Below the pieces are notes generated by a model. The model was not told the origin of the DNA. It did not search any database and saw only the letters and a list, made by a program, of their open reading frames with translations. From positions 4,041 through 68,040 of the forward strand of contig JAIORP010000171.1 in assembly GCA_021108075.1 (NCBI GenBank): a stretch of DNA of 64,000 bases, read 5' to 3'. A program made the translations under genes and the position numbers. Source of the DNA: Candidatus Omnitrophota bacterium. Its GTDB lineage: Bacteria; Omnitrophota; Gorgyraeia; Zapsychrales; Zapsychraceae. Below, in pieces: positions 26,345 through 37,605 of this stretch (positions are counted from its first letter, which is position 1; every line of letters begins with the position of its first letter).

Positions 26345-27550
26345 CTAACCTGAAATCTTATCGACTTCTTGATTCCAGGCTGATTCCAACTCAGGATTAT
26401 CAACCCAGGACAACAAATATTCCGTGTATTCCTCGCCGGTCACACCTGTATCACGACCAGTGATAACCATTTTCTTTTCAAACTGACCACAAATTTCAAG
26501 TGCCATTTCAACCTTTTTCGCACGTTGAGAATATCCAATGTGACGCAACAACATCGCTGAAGCACGAATCATGGAACATGGGTCCGCGTATTGAGCACGG
26601 CCCTCCTTAACCATCCTTGGCGCACTGCCGTGAATCGCCTCGAACATCGACCAACGCTTGCCGATATTCGCGCTACCTGCGGTCCCGACCCCGCCTTGCA
26701 GTTGCGCGGCTTCATCCGTCAGGATATCGCCATAAAGGTTAGGCATTACCATCACACGAAAATTTCTCCGACGGGCAGGATCAAGTAATTTCGCGGTCAT
26801 GATATCAATATACCATTCTTCCAACTTCACCTCAGGATACTCTTTGGCGACACGAAACGCTGTCCGTGAAAATCGTCCGTCGGTCGTCTTAACAACATTT
26901 GATTTTGTTACAACGGTCATGTGATTAATCCCATTATTCTTAGCATATTCAAAAGCCATCCGGACAATCCGTTCGGCTCCGGGTTCTGTGATGACCTTGA
27001 AATCAAAACTCAAATCATCATCAACGTCAAATCCTTTTGAACCTAACACATATGCCCCTTCGGTATTTTCACGAAAGAAAACCCAATCAATTCCTTCTTG
27101 AGGGATTTTAACTGGACGGACATTAGCAAATAAGTCTAAATATCGACGCATGGCCACGTTAGCGCTCTCGATATTCGGCCATTGGTCCCCAGCTTGCGGG
27201 GTCGTCGTAGGCCCCTTCAAGATAACATGGCACTCTTTTATTTCTTCCAAGACATCATCCGGGATCGCTTTTTTATGTGCGGCTCTATTTTCAATCGTGA
27301 GTCCGGGGATATCTTTAAAAATGACTTTCCCTTTCACGACCTCATCTTTTAGAACATATTCTAAGACAGTTTGAGCATGCCGGGAAATGATTTCTCCGAT
27401 CCCATCTCCAAAGCATAAACCAATTTTAATTTGATTGATCGTCGAATAATCCAACCAATCGTCGCCTTGCTTCATTACTTCTATTCGCTTTAATTGCTCT
27501 TCAATTAAAGCCCCGAACTTTTCTTTTGCCTGTGTTACTTTATCATTCAT
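26345..27550 (-). CDS. icd: Isocitrate dehydrogenase (isocitrate/isopropylmalate dehydrogenase family), with a ~40-aa N-terminal extension
   Basis: GDGIGEI, NLYGDILTDEAAQLQGGVGTAGSANIG, and the Asp metal triad. I cannot separate NADP- from NAD-dependence by eye. Confidence 0.7.
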   Translation of the reverse strand: MNDKVTQAKEKFGALIEEQLKRIEVMKQGDDWLDYSTINQIKIGLCFGDGIGEIISRHAQTVLEYVLKDEVVKGKVIFKDIPGLTIENRAAHKKAIPDDVLEEIKECHVILKGPTTTPQAGDQWPNIESANVAMRRYLDLFANVRPVKIPQEGIDWVFFRENTEGAYVLGSKGFDVDDDLSFDFKVITEPGAERIVRMAFEYAKNNGINHMTVVTKSNVVKTTDGRFSRTAFRVAKEYPEVKLEEWYIDIMTAKLLDPARRRNFRVMVMPNLYGDILTDEAAQLQGGVGTAGSANIGKRWSMFEAIHGSAPRMVKEGRAQYADPCSMIRASAMLLRHIGYSQRAKKVEMALEICGQFEKKMVITGRDTGVTGEEYTEYLLSWVDNPELESAWNQEVDKISG

Positions 27551-27578
27551 AATGACGAATTTCTCTCTTATTTAAAAA

Positions 27579-28634
27579 TTAATTATCCAGCAGCTGTTTA
27601 AACTCCTCGATGTTCTTAACCTGGGACAGCGCATCTTCATAAGTGATGATACCTTTTTCATATAACATCTTTAAAGACATATCCATTGTATGCATACCGA
27701 ACTGAATACCTGTCTGTATCGAAGTTGGTATCTGTTCGACCGCTTTTTCACGAATTAAATTTCTAACCGCCATTGTTGCGACCAGGACCTCCGTCGCTAA
27801 AATTCGACCTTTTCCTTCAGCCCTTGGCAATAATGTCTGAGAAATAACGCCTGCCAGACAGGCAGACAATTGAAGACGGACTTGCTGTTGTTGGTAAGAC
27901 GGAAAAACATCGATAATACGCTCGATTGTTTGAGGAGCATCCGGTGTGTGCAAAGTCGCTAAGACCAGGTGACCTGTTTCAGCAGCGGTCAAAGCCGTCG
28001 AAATTGTTTCTAAGTCACGCATCTCCCCGACGACGATGCAGTCCGGATCCTGACGCAAACAACGTTTTAACGCTTCCGAAAAAGAGTTCGTATCCGTGTA
28101 AACTTCCCGCTGTTTGATAACAGACTTTTTATTCGCATGAACATATTCAATCGGGTCTTCAATGCTAATAATCATACACGCGCGTTCTTCATTGATTAAA
28201 TTGATCATCGACGCTAATGTTGTAGTTTTGCCAGAACCAGTTGGTCCTGTGATTAAAATAAGGCCATTGGGTTTACGGGCAAAATAACTGACTGCGGGAG
28301 GCAGACCTAATTCATCCATCGAAGGGACATAAAGAGGAATTCGTCGAAAAGCAGCTTCAACACAACCACGCTGCAAGTGAACATTAACACGAAAACGTTC
28401 CATGTCTTTAAGCGCTAAAGAAAAATCCAGTTCACGGTCCCTCTCAAATTTTTCTTTTAGTTCATCGGCGAGGATAGCGTAGATCCCCCGCTTCAATTGA
28501 TCACGCGTCAGTGCAGGAAAATTAACTTTGTGCAGTTTCCCATCGATACGTAATACCGGGGGGCTGTCTTCCGTTAAATGAAGATCCGAAGCTTGTTTCT
28601 CGATGGCAAGCCTTAAGAATTCTTTTAGGTCCAT
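27579..28634 (-). CDS. pilT: Type IV pilus retraction ATPase
   Basis: 351 aa. Walker A GPTGSGKTTT, Asp box, and a His box (LATLHT). Confidence 0.85.
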   Translation of the reverse strand: MDLKEFLRLAIEKQASDLHLTEDSPPVLRIDGKLHKVNFPALTRDQLKRGIYAILADELKEKFERDRELDFSLALKDMERFRVNVHLQRGCVEAAFRRIPLYVPSMDELGLPPAVSYFARKPNGLILITGPTGSGKTTTLASMINLINEERACMIISIEDPIEYVHANKKSVIKQREVYTDTNSFSEALKRCLRQDPDCIVVGEMRDLETISTALTAAETGHLVLATLHTPDAPQTIERIIDVFPSYQQQQVRLQLSACLAGVISQTLLPRAEGKGRILATEVLVATMAVRNLIREKAVEQIPTSIQTGIQFGMHTMDMSLKMLYEKGIITYEDALSQVKNIEEFKQLLDN

Positions 28635-28673
28635 TTTGATCTCCTAAATTTTAAAGGATTAAGAGATGTCTTA

Positions 28674-29852
28674 TTATTTTTGTTGACTGACCCAATCAGA
28701 AATTCGATTGATACCTTCTTGAATTCTTTCAGCTGATGTGGCGAAGCTTAACCGCATGAACCCGGGAGCGCCAAATCCCTCTCCTGGAATAATTGCCACA
28801 TACTTTTGATCAATGATTTCTTTAGCAATCGCAAAGGATTCGCCAAGCTTTGAGAAGTCAGCAAACAGATAAAAAGCACCCTGAGGCATAATATAGCTTA
28901 TCTCAGGAATATTATCAATAGCTGATGTGATTATTTGCCGTCTTTCTTTAAAAATATCGCGCATCTCTTTAACTTTTGACTCTGGTTCTTTTAATGCTTG
29001 AAGAGCAGCATGTTGGCTAATGGATGAAGGGCACGAAGTCGAATGATCTTGAAGTTTCTTGATGTAACCTATAATTTCTTCAGATCCAGCACAATATCCA
29101 ATTCGCCATCCTGTCATGGAATAAGCTTTCGAAATCCCATTAACAGTGATCGTTAAATCGTAGATATCTTTTCCTAATGAAGCGATAGAAGTGTAGGTAT
29201 CCGTATCATAAATAAGCTTTTCATAAATCTCATCACTAATAATGTAAATCCCGTTTTTAACGCATATTTCAGCAAGAGGAGCTAATTCTTCTTTTGTATA
29301 CAGCATTCCAGTCGGATTAGAGGGCGAATTAAGAATAAGGATTTTTGTCTTTTCCGATATATTTTTTTCTAATAAGTCTGCGGTCAACTTGAATTCAGTG
29401 TCAGGGCCGGTCTGTACGATTTTCGATGCCCCCCCGGCAATTTTGACCATTTCAGGATAACTTACCCAGTATGGCGCAGGGATAATAACCTCTTCACCCT
29501 CGTCGACAAGAACCTGGATAATACTAAAAAGAGAATGTTTAGCCCCACAAGAAACAGCAACTTGAGACGGTTTATAGTCCAGCCCATTATCCTCTTTAAA
29601 CTTTTTGACAATCTGTTCTCTTAAGGCCGGCATTCCAATGCTGGGGGTATATTTTGTCTGCCCATTGTTCATGGCTTCGACAGCTGCCTGCTTAATGGTA
29701 TCCGGAGTATCAAAATCCGGTTCGCCCGCCGCAAAATTAACAACATCTTTACCTTGGGCCTTCAGTTCTTTAGCTCTCGCTGTGATCGCTAATGTTGATG
29801 ATCCGAGGACAGATTTGATTCTTCTATTGATAGATAAGGATTTCATATTCAT
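28674..29852 (-). CDS. Class I PLP-dependent aminotransferase (aspartate aminotransferase-like)
   Basis: 392 aa with NPSNPTG and a SKAYSMTGWRIGY PLP-Lys motif. Confidence 0.8.
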   Translation of the reverse strand: MNMKSLSINRRIKSVLGSSTLAITARAKELKAQGKDVVNFAAGEPDFDTPDTIKQAAVEAMNNGQTKYTPSIGMPALREQIVKKFKEDNGLDYKPSQVAVSCGAKHSLFSIIQVLVDEGEEVIIPAPYWVSYPEMVKIAGGASKIVQTGPDTEFKLTADLLEKNISEKTKILILNSPSNPTGMLYTKEELAPLAEICVKNGIYIISDEIYEKLIYDTDTYTSIASLGKDIYDLTITVNGISKAYSMTGWRIGYCAGSEEIIGYIKKLQDHSTSCPSSISQHAALQALKEPESKVKEMRDIFKERRQIITSAIDNIPEISYIMPQGAFYLFADFSKLGESFAIAKEIIDQKYVAIIPGEGFGAPGFMRLSFATSAERIQEGINRISDWVSQQK

Positions 29853-29884
29853 TGCACCAGTGAAATTGATAAATTAACAAAAAT

Positions 29885-30496
29885 TTATTCGCTATCTTTG
29901 GACTTCCGGTTAAACATCTTTCTTAAACCACCAACGAATTTATTCTTCTTTTTGTCTTGAGATTTATCCTGTTTCGGAGCAGGTTTATCTTTGGCGCTGC
30001 TGCCTTCCACATCCGCTTTGTCTGCCTTCGTTTTTTTCGGCACTGTTTTCTTCTTCGTTTCAGGCGATGCGTCTGCTTTTGCGCCTTTTGTGACTTTCGC
30101 TCCTTTTTTCGCTGACTTTTGTTTACTGATAATAATCTTTTCTTTCTCAGTCAGTTCAAGAAAAACCAGGTCAGCATTATCACCTTTCCGCGGGCCAACA
30201 GGGATGAGCCGGGTATATCCGCCAGCACGTTTATTGAAACGGGGAGCTATCTTCTCAAACAACCGACTGACTAATTTATGATCACACAAAACAGCAAAGG
30301 CACGTCTTTTATCCGCTAAAGTCGCCTTCTTGCCAAGAGTAATCAATTGATCGACGAGTTTACGGGCTTCTTTCGCCTTAACTTTTGTCGTCGTAATACG
30401 CTCATTGATTAATACCGCCTTCGCAATATCCCGAACGGTCGCTTTACGATGACTTGTTTTTCTATTTAAAGTATTTCCGGAGATTCGATGTCGCAT
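29885..30496 (-). CDS. rplQ: 50S ribosomal protein L17 with an ~80-aa Lys/Ala-rich C-terminal extension
   Basis: L17 core, MRHRISGNTLNRKTSHRKA...GGYTRLI, then a histone-H1-like tail. Confidence 0.9.
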   Translation of the reverse strand: MRHRISGNTLNRKTSHRKATVRDIAKAVLINERITTTKVKAKEARKLVDQLITLGKKATLADKRRAFAVLCDHKLVSRLFEKIAPRFNKRAGGYTRLIPVGPRKGDNADLVFLELTEKEKIIISKQKSAKKGAKVTKGAKADASPETKKKTVPKKTKADKADVEGSSAKDKPAPKQDKSQDKKKNKFVGGLRKMFNRKSKDSE

Positions 30497-30497
30497 T

Positions 30498-31487
30498 TTA
30501 ATCCTTTTTCCTTAACTTTTTCATATCGACTTTCATACCAAGATTTAAACCCATAACCTTGAGGATATCATTGATTTCCGTCAATGATTTCTTTCCAAAA
30601 TTACGGAAAGTCAACAAATCTGCTTCGGTCTTGCGAACCAATTCACCAATCGTTTTAATATTAGAATCTTTTAAACAATTCGCGCTTCGAACAGATAATT
30701 CTAATTCTGAAATAGGCAGACGAAATTTCTCATAGAGGGCTTGTTCTTCTGCGGATATCTCTTCTTCTTCTTCTTCCTCTTCAGGTAATTGTCCATAGCT
30801 GACAAAAACATCCAGGTGGCGTTGCAAAATATTCGCGCCATACAATAACGCCTCTTTAGGATTAACTCCTCCGTTGGTCCAAATTTCAAGAATAAGCTTG
30901 TCATAATCCGTTTTTTGACCGACGCGGGTGTCTTCGACTAAATAATTGATCTTTGTGATTGGGGTAAAAACTGAGTCAATGGGAATCGAATCGATAACAT
31001 TATCTTTTTTATTGATTTCCGCCGTCACATATCCTCTTCCCCGGGAAACTTCCATCTCCATGTGAAATTTTGTATCACGGGACAATGTTGCGACATGCAT
31101 GTCCGGATTCAATATTTCAATCGTTTCATCACAAATAATATCCGCGGCCCTGATCTCACCCTTTTTATCTGTCTTAACATAAATAACCTTCGGCACTTTG
31201 GAATGCGAGCGTATAACCAACTTCTTAATATTCAATATGATCTCCAAAATCGACTCAACCACACCGGGAATTGTTGAATATTCATGACGGATGCCATCAA
31301 GCTTAATTGATGTTACCGCACTACCTTCAATAGATGAAAGTAAAATTCTTCGCAACGAATTTCCTAAAGTGACACCATATCCTCGTTCAAAAGGCTCTGC
31401 TACAAATTTGCCGTATTTATCTGTATAAGTTGCTTCATCACATTCTAGCCTTTTAGGCATCTGAAAATCACGCCACTTAACTCCCAT
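30498..31487 (-). CDS. rpoA: DNA-directed RNA polymerase subunit alpha
   Basis: NTD and CTD joined by a poly-Glu linker ([11 protein letters not shown]). Confidence 0.95.
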   Translation of the reverse strand: MGVKWRDFQMPKRLECDEATYTDKYGKFVAEPFERGYGVTLGNSLRRILLSSIEGSAVTSIKLDGIRHEYSTIPGVVESILEIILNIKKLVIRSHSKVPKVIYVKTDKKGEIRAADIICDETIEILNPDMHVATLSRDTKFHMEMEVSRGRGYVTAEINKKDNVIDSIPIDSVFTPITKINYLVEDTRVGQKTDYDKLILEIWTNGGVNPKEALLYGANILQRHLDVFVSYGQLPEEEEEEEEISAEEQALYEKFRLPISELELSVRSANCLKDSNIKTIGELVRKTEADLLTFRNFGKKSLTEINDILKVMGLNLGMKVDMKKLRKKD

Positions 31488-31563
31488 GTCTTCCTCCTAA
31501 TTCATTCTTTGTTTACCAAGTTCATTACTTGGTCAAGCGCTTAAAAAAAAGCGATTAATTGCA

Positions 31564-32175
31564 TTATTTCGAATAAAGCTCGACGATTAACTGTTCGTTG
31601 ATAGGGAATTGCACATCGTCTCTTTCCGGCAATTTCACAACTTTCCCCGCATGTTTTTTCTCATCAACCATCAGCCACTCCGGAACACCACGATCATTAG
31701 TTTGTTCAATGTTCGTATTGATCAACTTCTTTGTTTTCTCTTTGATTTTGAGTTCGATCTCATCACCTAATTCAACCTGAAATGATGGGATATTAACTCT
31801 ACGGCCATTAACTTTCACTAATCCATGTGACACAATTTGCCGGGCCTGGGGGCGGGTTGTCGCAAAACCTAAACGGAATATGACGTTATCTAAACGTCTT
31901 TCCAGGAACTGTAACAAGACTGAACCAGTAACTCCCTGCTTTCTTGCCGCCTTTTCATAATAACGCCTGAATTGCTTTTCTAAAATTCCATATAATCTTT
32001 TAACTTTTTGCTTTTCTCTCAACTGAATTCCGTAATCAGAAAGTTTGGATCTTTTCAATACCCCATGTTGTCCTGGCGGGTATCTCCTTACGGTCTGAGC
32101 GCATTTCTTGCAAAAACAAATGCTTTCACCTTCTCGTCTACATAAGCGACATCTCGGCCCTCGGTATCTTGCCAT
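31564..32175 (-). CDS. rpsD: 30S ribosomal protein S4
   Basis: Zn-ribbon N-terminus (CRLCRREG...C..C) and an S4 domain. Confidence 0.95.
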   Translation of the reverse strand: MARYRGPRCRLCRREGESICFCKKCAQTVRRYPPGQHGVLKRSKLSDYGIQLREKQKVKRLYGILEKQFRRYYEKAARKQGVTGSVLLQFLERRLDNVIFRLGFATTRPQARQIVSHGLVKVNGRRVNIPSFQVELGDEIELKIKEKTKKLINTNIEQTNDRGVPEWLMVDEKKHAGKVVKLPERDDVQFPINEQLIVELYSK

Positions 32176-32204
32176 TGCTTCTAACCCTTTCTGTAATTTT
32201 TATT

Positions 32205-32606
32205 TTAAACTCTACGCTTCTTACGTGGCCGGCAGCCATTATGAGGAAGTGGTGTGACATCCCTTATAGATGTTATCGCTAACCCATTGGCTTGAAGACC
32301 CCGTATAGCAGATTCTCTACCTGACCCTGGTCCGTTTACAAAAACATCAAGACTTTTTAAACCTAAATCTTTTGCTTTTTTAGCAGCATCAGCTGCAGCA
32401 ACTTGAGCGGCAAATGGCGTTGATTTTTTTGAACCATTAAAGCCAACAACCCCTGGAGTCGACCATACAATGACATTGCCATTAAGGTCTGTAATCGTAA
32501 TGATCGTATTATTAAATGTCGCTCGAATATAAGCAGATCCAGAAGTTATCCCCTTTAATGCTTTCTTCTTTGCTTTCTCACGTTTTCTAGTTGATCGTTT
32601 TGCCAT
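32205..32606 (-). CDS. rpsK: 30S ribosomal protein S11
   Basis: Family-typical sequence and length (133 aa). Confidence 0.95.
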   Translation of the reverse strand: MAKRSTRKREKAKKKALKGITSGSAYIRATFNNTIITITDLNGNVIVWSTPGVVGFNGSKKSTPFAAQVAAADAAKKAKDLGLKSLDVFVNGPGSGRESAIRGLQANGLAITSIRDVTPLPHNGCRPRKKRRV

Positions 32607-32631
32607 ACTTTACCCCGTTAATTATTAACTG

Positions 32632-33009
32632 TTAAGATCTTTTCTTAGACTTCGCTCCGATGGATGGCTTGCGGCCTTTTCGGGTACGCGAATTCGTCTT
32701 TGTTCTTTGTCCTCGAGTCGGCAACCCTTTGCGGTGCCGTAACCCTCGGAAGCATTGAATCTCAATGAGTCGTTTAATATTTTGATTAACTTCCCGACGC
32801 AAATCCCCTTCTGTAAGATACTTGCTTTGAACAATCGCGGTTATTCGTGCAATTTCTTCATCGGATAAATCTTTCGACCGACGATGGGGCTCAATATTTG
32901 CTTCTTTAAGAATATCTAAAGCATTATTTTTCCCTATGCCATATATGTATGGCAATGCAGCGTCGATCCTCTTCTCTCTAGGAATATCTGTACCTAATAT
33001 TCTTGGCAT
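32632..33009 (-). CDS. rpsM: 30S ribosomal protein S13
   Basis: [15 protein letters not shown]... family-typical N-terminus. Confidence 0.95.
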   Translation of the reverse strand: MPRILGTDIPREKRIDAALPYIYGIGKNNALDILKEANIEPHRRSKDLSDEEIARITAIVQSKYLTEGDLRREVNQNIKRLIEIQCFRGLRHRKGLPTRGQRTKTNSRTRKGRKPSIGAKSKKRS

Positions 33010-33013
33010 ACCT

Positions 33014-33127
33014 CTACCCTTGTCTTTGTTTGTGTTTTGGATTTGTACAAATCACACGCACGACACCCTTACGGCGCACAATTTTGCAGTTGCTACAAAT
33101 TCTTTTAACTGATGACTTTACTTTCAT
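33014..33127 (-). CDS. rpmJ: 50S ribosomal protein L36 (37 aa)
   Basis: Hand translation: [37 protein letters not shown], a Zn-ribbon. Below the track cutoff. Lies between infA and rpsM, as is usual. Confidence 0.9.
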   Translation of the reverse strand: MKVKSSVKRICSNCKIVRRKGVVRVICTNPKHKQRQG

Positions 33128-33129
33128 TT

Positions 33130-33348
33130 TTATTTGTTCCTGTACGTTATTCTACCTTTACTTAAATCATACGGCGATAGTTCTAGTTTGACTTTATCAC
33201 CTGGTAAAATTTTTATAAAATTCATTCGTATTTTTCCAGAGATGTGGGCTAAGACAATATGACCGGTTTCTAACTCAACACGAAACTTAGCGTTTGGCAA
33301 GGCCTCTTTTATTATACCTTCAACTTCAATGAGATCTTCTTTTGCCAT
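33130..33348 (-). CDS. infA: Translation initiation factor IF-1
   Basis: 72 aa, S1-like OB fold. Confidence 0.95.
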   Translation of the reverse strand: MAKEDLIEVEGIIKEALPNAKFRVELETGHIVLAHISGKIRMNFIKILPGDKVKLELSPYDLSKGRITYRNK

Positions 33349-33357
33349 ACCTTCATC

Positions 33358-34119
33358 CTATCTTACTGTTAAAATTTTCGGCCCTTTTTCTGTAACTGCT
33401 ATCATATGTTCAAAATGAGCAGATGCTTTCCCATCTTCCGTGACAACGGTCCATCCATCATCTAATATCTTTGTTTTCCAGTCCCCGACATTAACCATGG
33501 GCTCGACACAAAAAACCATTCCAGGTTTTAAAATAGGCCCCTGGTGTGGCGGGCCAAAGTTTGGAATTTCAGGCTCTTCATGAAGAAAACGACCGATTCC
33601 GTGTCCGACAAAGTCTCGAACGACAGAAAAACCATGATCTTCGGCATACGATTGCACAGCATGAGAAATATCCGAGAGATGGTTCCCTGCTGACACTTGT
33701 TCAATGCCTCGCATCAAAGCTTTCTCTGTAACAATTAATAACCTTTGAAGTTCTTCTGAAATTGAACCTATCCCAACACTATAAGCCATATCAGCATAAT
33801 AATCTTTATAGATAATTCCTAAATCTAAACTTAAAATATCACCGGACTGAACGGCTTTATCCTTAGGTATGCCATGAACCACTTCTTCATTGATCGAAGT
33901 GCACACACAAGCCGGATAACCCCGATAACCTTTAAAAGCAGGTTTGACTTGATTCTTTTTTATAAGTCCCTCAGCGACTTGATCAAGTTCAATTGTCGTT
34001 ATTCCAATTTTTAAAGAGCATTTTAATTCTTCAAATATATCAAATAAAATCTTTCCCGCGTCACGTAAGATATTAAGGTCGTCATCGGTTTTTATACCAA
34101 TCGAAGTTCTTTTATTCAT
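33358..34119 (-). CDS. map: Methionine aminopeptidase, type I
   Basis: 253 aa with a metal-ligand pattern (D, D, H, E, E). Confidence 0.9.
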   Translation of the reverse strand: MNKRTSIGIKTDDDLNILRDAGKILFDIFEELKCSLKIGITTIELDQVAEGLIKKNQVKPAFKGYRGYPACVCTSINEEVVHGIPKDKAVQSGDILSLDLGIIYKDYYADMAYSVGIGSISEELQRLLIVTEKALMRGIEQVSAGNHLSDISHAVQSYAEDHGFSVVRDFVGHGIGRFLHEEPEIPNFGPPHQGPILKPGMVFCVEPMVNVGDWKTKILDDGWTVVTEDGKASAHFEHMIAVTEKGPKILTVR

Positions 34120-34759
34120 TCAAAAAACTCAACGTTGTCTCTAGAACAACACTCGCTTCAGTATCCGCGTTAACTTTTTTTAATTTCCCCTGCTTTTCGT
34201 AATACGTTATGATGGGCCGTGTACTTGTTGTATAAACTTCCATGCGGGTTTTAATCGTCTCTTCATTATCATCCGCACGCTGATACAGACTATTGGCGCA
34301 TTTATCGCAAACACCCTCTTTTTGCGGAGGCTTATTCTTTACATGGTATAGTTCACCGCAATTCTTGCAAAGCCGGCGTCCGGTTAATCTTTCAATAATA
34401 ATTTCAATCGAAGCATCCAAACAAATGACACGGTCAATGGACTGATCCAATTTATTCAGAATCTCGTTCAAATCTTCAGCTTGTTTTTGAGTGCGCGGAA
34501 ATCCGTCCAGTAAATATCCTTTTGAATAAATCTCAGGCGTTGAAATACGAGACTCGATCAGTCGAGTAACCAATTCATCCGGCACCAATTCACCCCCGTC
34601 AACATACTTCCTGGCTTCAAGCCCTAATGGGGTGTTGGCCTTCATTTCAGCACGTAAAATATCGCCAGTCGATATATGATTAAGACCTAACTGGTCCTTT
34701 AAAGCTACCGCTAAAGTTCCTTTTCCAACGCCTGGAGGTCCCAATAAAACTAATTTCAT
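34112..34759 (-). CDS. adk: Adenylate kinase (with a Zn-binding lid, CxxC...CxxC)
   Basis: GPPGVGKGT P-loop and lid cysteines. Confidence 0.95.
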   Translation of the reverse strand: MKLVLLGPPGVGKGTLAVALKDQLGLNHISTGDILRAEMKANTPLGLEARKYVDGGELVPDELVTRLIESRISTPEIYSKGYLLDGFPRTQKQAEDLNEILNKLDQSIDRVICLDASIEIIIERLTGRRLCKNCGELYHVKNKPPQKEGVCDKCANSLYQRADDNEETIKTRMEVYTTSTRPIITYYEKQGKLKKVNADTEASVVLETTLSFLNE

Positions 34760-36099
34760 CTGCGTCCTTTCATTTGGCCTGAGCGCATAAATCCATCATA
34801 ATGACGCATAAGCAAATGCGATTCTATTTGTTTCATCGTATCCAACATAACACCGACAACGATAAGGATACCTGTACCGCCGAAGAAAGAAGCGACAACA
34901 TAGGGCACCTTAAAGGATGCCATTATCGCATCGGGCATAACCGCAATAACGCAAATGAAGACTGCTCCTGCTAATGTAATGCGCGTCATGACAAAATCTA
35001 AATAATCAGCAGTTTGATTACCGGGCCGGACACCGGGAATAAACCCGCCGTGCTTTTTCATATTGTCGGCATATTCAATCGGATTAAAAACGATCGCTGT
35101 ATAAAAGTAGCAAAAGAAAACAATAAGCAGGCTATAAATCATGTAATAAACAAAGCTTCCTCGCTGCATATAACTGGCCATGGATTGCACGGTTTGATTC
35201 GGAATGAAGCTGGCAATTGTCGCAGGAAATAAAATAATGGACTGCGCAAAAATAATAGCAATAACTCCGGCCGTGTCAACTTTCAACGGAAGATACGTAC
35301 TCGCACCGCCCATGATTTTCCGCCCGACAATGCGCCGGGCATACTGTACCGGTATTTTCCTCTGAGCTTGTGTAACGAGGATGATACAAATAATAACTCC
35401 AAATAGAAAACCAACCATGATGATTAAAGTTAGCGGCTGCAATTGAGCTTTTCCACCGCTGCCTGTTAGGAGAAGTCTCAATGTTCGGACCGCTGAAGGT
35501 GCCCGCGAAAGAATACTCGCAGCAATAATCAAAGAGATCCCATTGCCTATTCCTCTCTCCTGGATCTGTTCGCCCAACCACATCAACAACATTGTTCCGG
35601 CACATAACGTAAAAACAGTCGTTATTCTAAACCCCCAACCCGGATGATTGACAATCTGCAACCCCTGGAACGATTGAGGACTTTCTAACCACAAAGAGAT
35701 AAAAAATGATTGAAGCGCGGCTAAAGCAAGCGTCGCATAACGCGTGTATTGATTAATCTTCTGAACACCCGCCTGGCCTTCTTTTTGCAGTTTCTCCAGA
35801 GCGGGAATAACAGCCGTTAGCAGTTGCATAATAATCGAACTGGAAATATACGGCATAATCCCTAAAGAGAAGACGGTTAATTTCTCAAGCGCACCACCGG
35901 AAAACATACTCATAATGTCAAGAATGCTTCCGTCAGTTGCCGATTTCATCTTTTCAAAAAACTCCGCTAACATAGAGCCATTAACGCCTGGTGTCGGGAT
36001 ATAACAACCGACTCGATAAGCAAAAATAATACCTAAGGTGAAAAAAATTTTTTTCTTTAAATCGGGAATCTTAAAAACATTTAAAAAGGAGGATATCAT
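34756..36099 (-). CDS. secY: Preprotein translocase subunit SecY
   Basis: 447 aa, 10 TM helices. Confidence 0.95.
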   Translation of the reverse strand: MISSFLNVFKIPDLKKKIFFTLGIIFAYRVGCYIPTPGVNGSMLAEFFEKMKSATDGSILDIMSMFSGGALEKLTVFSLGIMPYISSSIIMQLLTAVIPALEKLQKEGQAGVQKINQYTRYATLALAALQSFFISLWLESPQSFQGLQIVNHPGWGFRITTVFTLCAGTMLLMWLGEQIQERGIGNGISLIIAASILSRAPSAVRTLRLLLTGSGGKAQLQPLTLIIMVGFLFGVIICIILVTQAQRKIPVQYARRIVGRKIMGGASTYLPLKVDTAGVIAIIFAQSIILFPATIASFIPNQTVQSMASYMQRGSFVYYMIYSLLIVFFCYFYTAIVFNPIEYADNMKKHGGFIPGVRPGNQTADYLDFVMTRITLAGAVFICVIAVMPDAIMASFKVPYVVASFFGGTGILIVVGVMLDTMKQIESHLLMRHYDGFMRSGQMKGRR

Positions 36100-36114
36100 A
36101 TTTATTTTTAATCT

Positions 36115-36576
36115 TTATTTTTTAACTTGTTTTTTCTGATGTGTTTCAATCTTCCCACCAGCTTTAATTATTTTTTCTTGCGCCACCTTTGAAACGCGGC
36201 CTTCTTTTATTGTGAGGGACTTTGTAATCTCACCATCGTTAAGAATTTTGAATGGTTTATTTTTGCTGTTGATCAGTCCGGCAGTTTTTAATAATTCAGT
36301 TGTTATTTCTGTGCCGTTATCAAACCTCTCCAGTGATTTTAAATGAACAACCTGGCTTAAGATAGGGCGATGACTGCGAAAACCAACTTTAGGTAAGCGC
36401 CGGATAAGTGGCATTTGACCACCTTCAGATGAACGAACAATCCCGCTGCCACATCTTGAACCCTGACCGTTTTCGCCACGGCCGGAAGTCTTCCCTAGAC
36501 CAGAACCTCTTCCTCGACCAACTCTTTTTTTCCCTTTTCTTGATCCTTCCGGGGATCTCAACTCATGCAAATACAT
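36115..36576 (-). CDS. rplO: 50S ribosomal protein L15
   Basis: Gly/Arg-rich N-terminus. No L30 gene lies between rpsE and rplO. Confidence 0.95.
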   Translation of the reverse strand: MYLHELRSPEGSRKGKKRVGRGRGSGLGKTSGRGENGQGSRCGSGIVRSSEGGQMPLIRRLPKVGFRSHRPILSQVVHLKSLERFDNGTEITTELLKTAGLINSKNKPFKILNDGEITKSLTIKEGRVSKVAQEKIIKAGGKIETHQKKQVKK

Positions 36577-36593
36577 TTTTCATCTTCCTTCAA

Positions 36594-37226
36594 TTAAAAT
36601 GATTTTAAACGGTTTAAGCCATCAATCGTTGCTTTAACAACATTTATAGGATTGTTTGAACGATGGCATTTTGTAAGAATATTATGAATACCCACACCGT
36701 CACAAATAGCACGAACCGGACCAGAGGCTATAACACCCGTTCCGTCGGAAGCAGGTTTCAATAACACTTCTGAACCGCCGCAACGACCGATAATTTCATG
36801 AGGAATCGTAGTCCCTTTCAATCGAACAGGTATCATATTCTTCTTGGCCGTTGCCATTGCCTTACGAATCGCTGTGGCAACTTCACTGGCCTTGCACAAG
36901 GCATAACCCACTTTCCCATTCATGTCACCAACAACAACTAAAGCGCGGAAGGATAATTTCTTACCCCCCTTGGTTACCTTCGTAATACGATTGATCGCCA
37001 AAACTTTTTCAACCATACCAGAATCTTCTTCACTTCGTCTTCCGGATTTCGCATACCCCTGTCCAGCAGGTCGACCTTGTCTCCTTCTGGGATCTTGATC
37101 TTTAGAACTTGCCTGGGAGGTGGTACCCTGTCTTTGAGCAACTGGTTTTTCAGTTTTTGCTTGAACCGGTGCTTGCGCTTCAGGTTTTTTTTGTTCTGCG
37201 TTGTTCTCTTCCATCGGTTTGTTCAT
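36594..37226 (-). CDS. rpsE: 30S ribosomal protein S5 with a ~70-aa low-complexity N-terminal extension
   Basis: Core ([20 protein letters not shown]...) preceded by a K/E/Q/P/R-rich extension. Tight 5-nt spacing to rplR supports the long form. Confidence 0.9.
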   Translation of the reverse strand: MNKPMEENNAEQKKPEAQAPVQAKTEKPVAQRQGTTSQASSKDQDPRRRQGRPAGQGYAKSGRRSEEDSGMVEKVLAINRITKVTKGGKKLSFRALVVVGDMNGKVGYALCKASEVATAIRKAMATAKKNMIPVRLKGTTIPHEIIGRCGGSEVLLKPASDGTGVIASGPVRAICDGVGIHNILTKCHRSNNPINVVKATIDGLNRLKSF

Positions 37227-37231
37227 AATCC

Positions 37232-37600
37232 TTAAAACTCCATTCCGCCTTTTCGAGCAGCTTCAGCAAAAGCTTTAACACGACCGTGGTAAGAATACCC
37301 ACCCCGGTCAAAACAAGCTTGTTTCAGGCCTTTCTCCCGGGCTAATGAAGAAAAATGTTCGCCCAGCGCAGAAGCGGCTTCTTTATTGCTGCCATTCTTA
37401 AGTTTTTCCCGAACTGCTTTCGTTTTTGTTGAGACGCCAAATATGATTTTACCATTTACATCGTCAATAACTTGAGCATAAAAATTTTTTAAGCTCCGAT
37501 GAACACAAATACGAGGCCGCGCCTCTGTTCCAGATACTGTTTTGCGAACTCGTTTATGACGATTGATTCTTTTAAGTTCTTTATCGTGTGTTTTGCTCAT
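37232..37600 (-). CDS. rplR: 50S ribosomal protein L18
   Basis: Family-typical. Confidence 0.95.
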   Translation of the reverse strand: MSKTHDKELKRINRHKRVRKTVSGTEARPRICVHRSLKNFYAQVIDDVNGKIIFGVSTKTKAVREKLKNGSNKEAASALGEHFSSLAREKGLKQACFDRGGYSYHGRVKAFAEAARKGGMEF

Positions 37601-37605
37601 AATAT

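Noticed and set aside
32625-32834. Minus-strand 69-aa ORF overlapping rpsM in another frame; likewise 41982..42230 overlapping rpsS/rplV and 30701..30904 inside rpoA
   Set aside because: Alternative frames of conserved r-protein and rpoA genes with no independent support.
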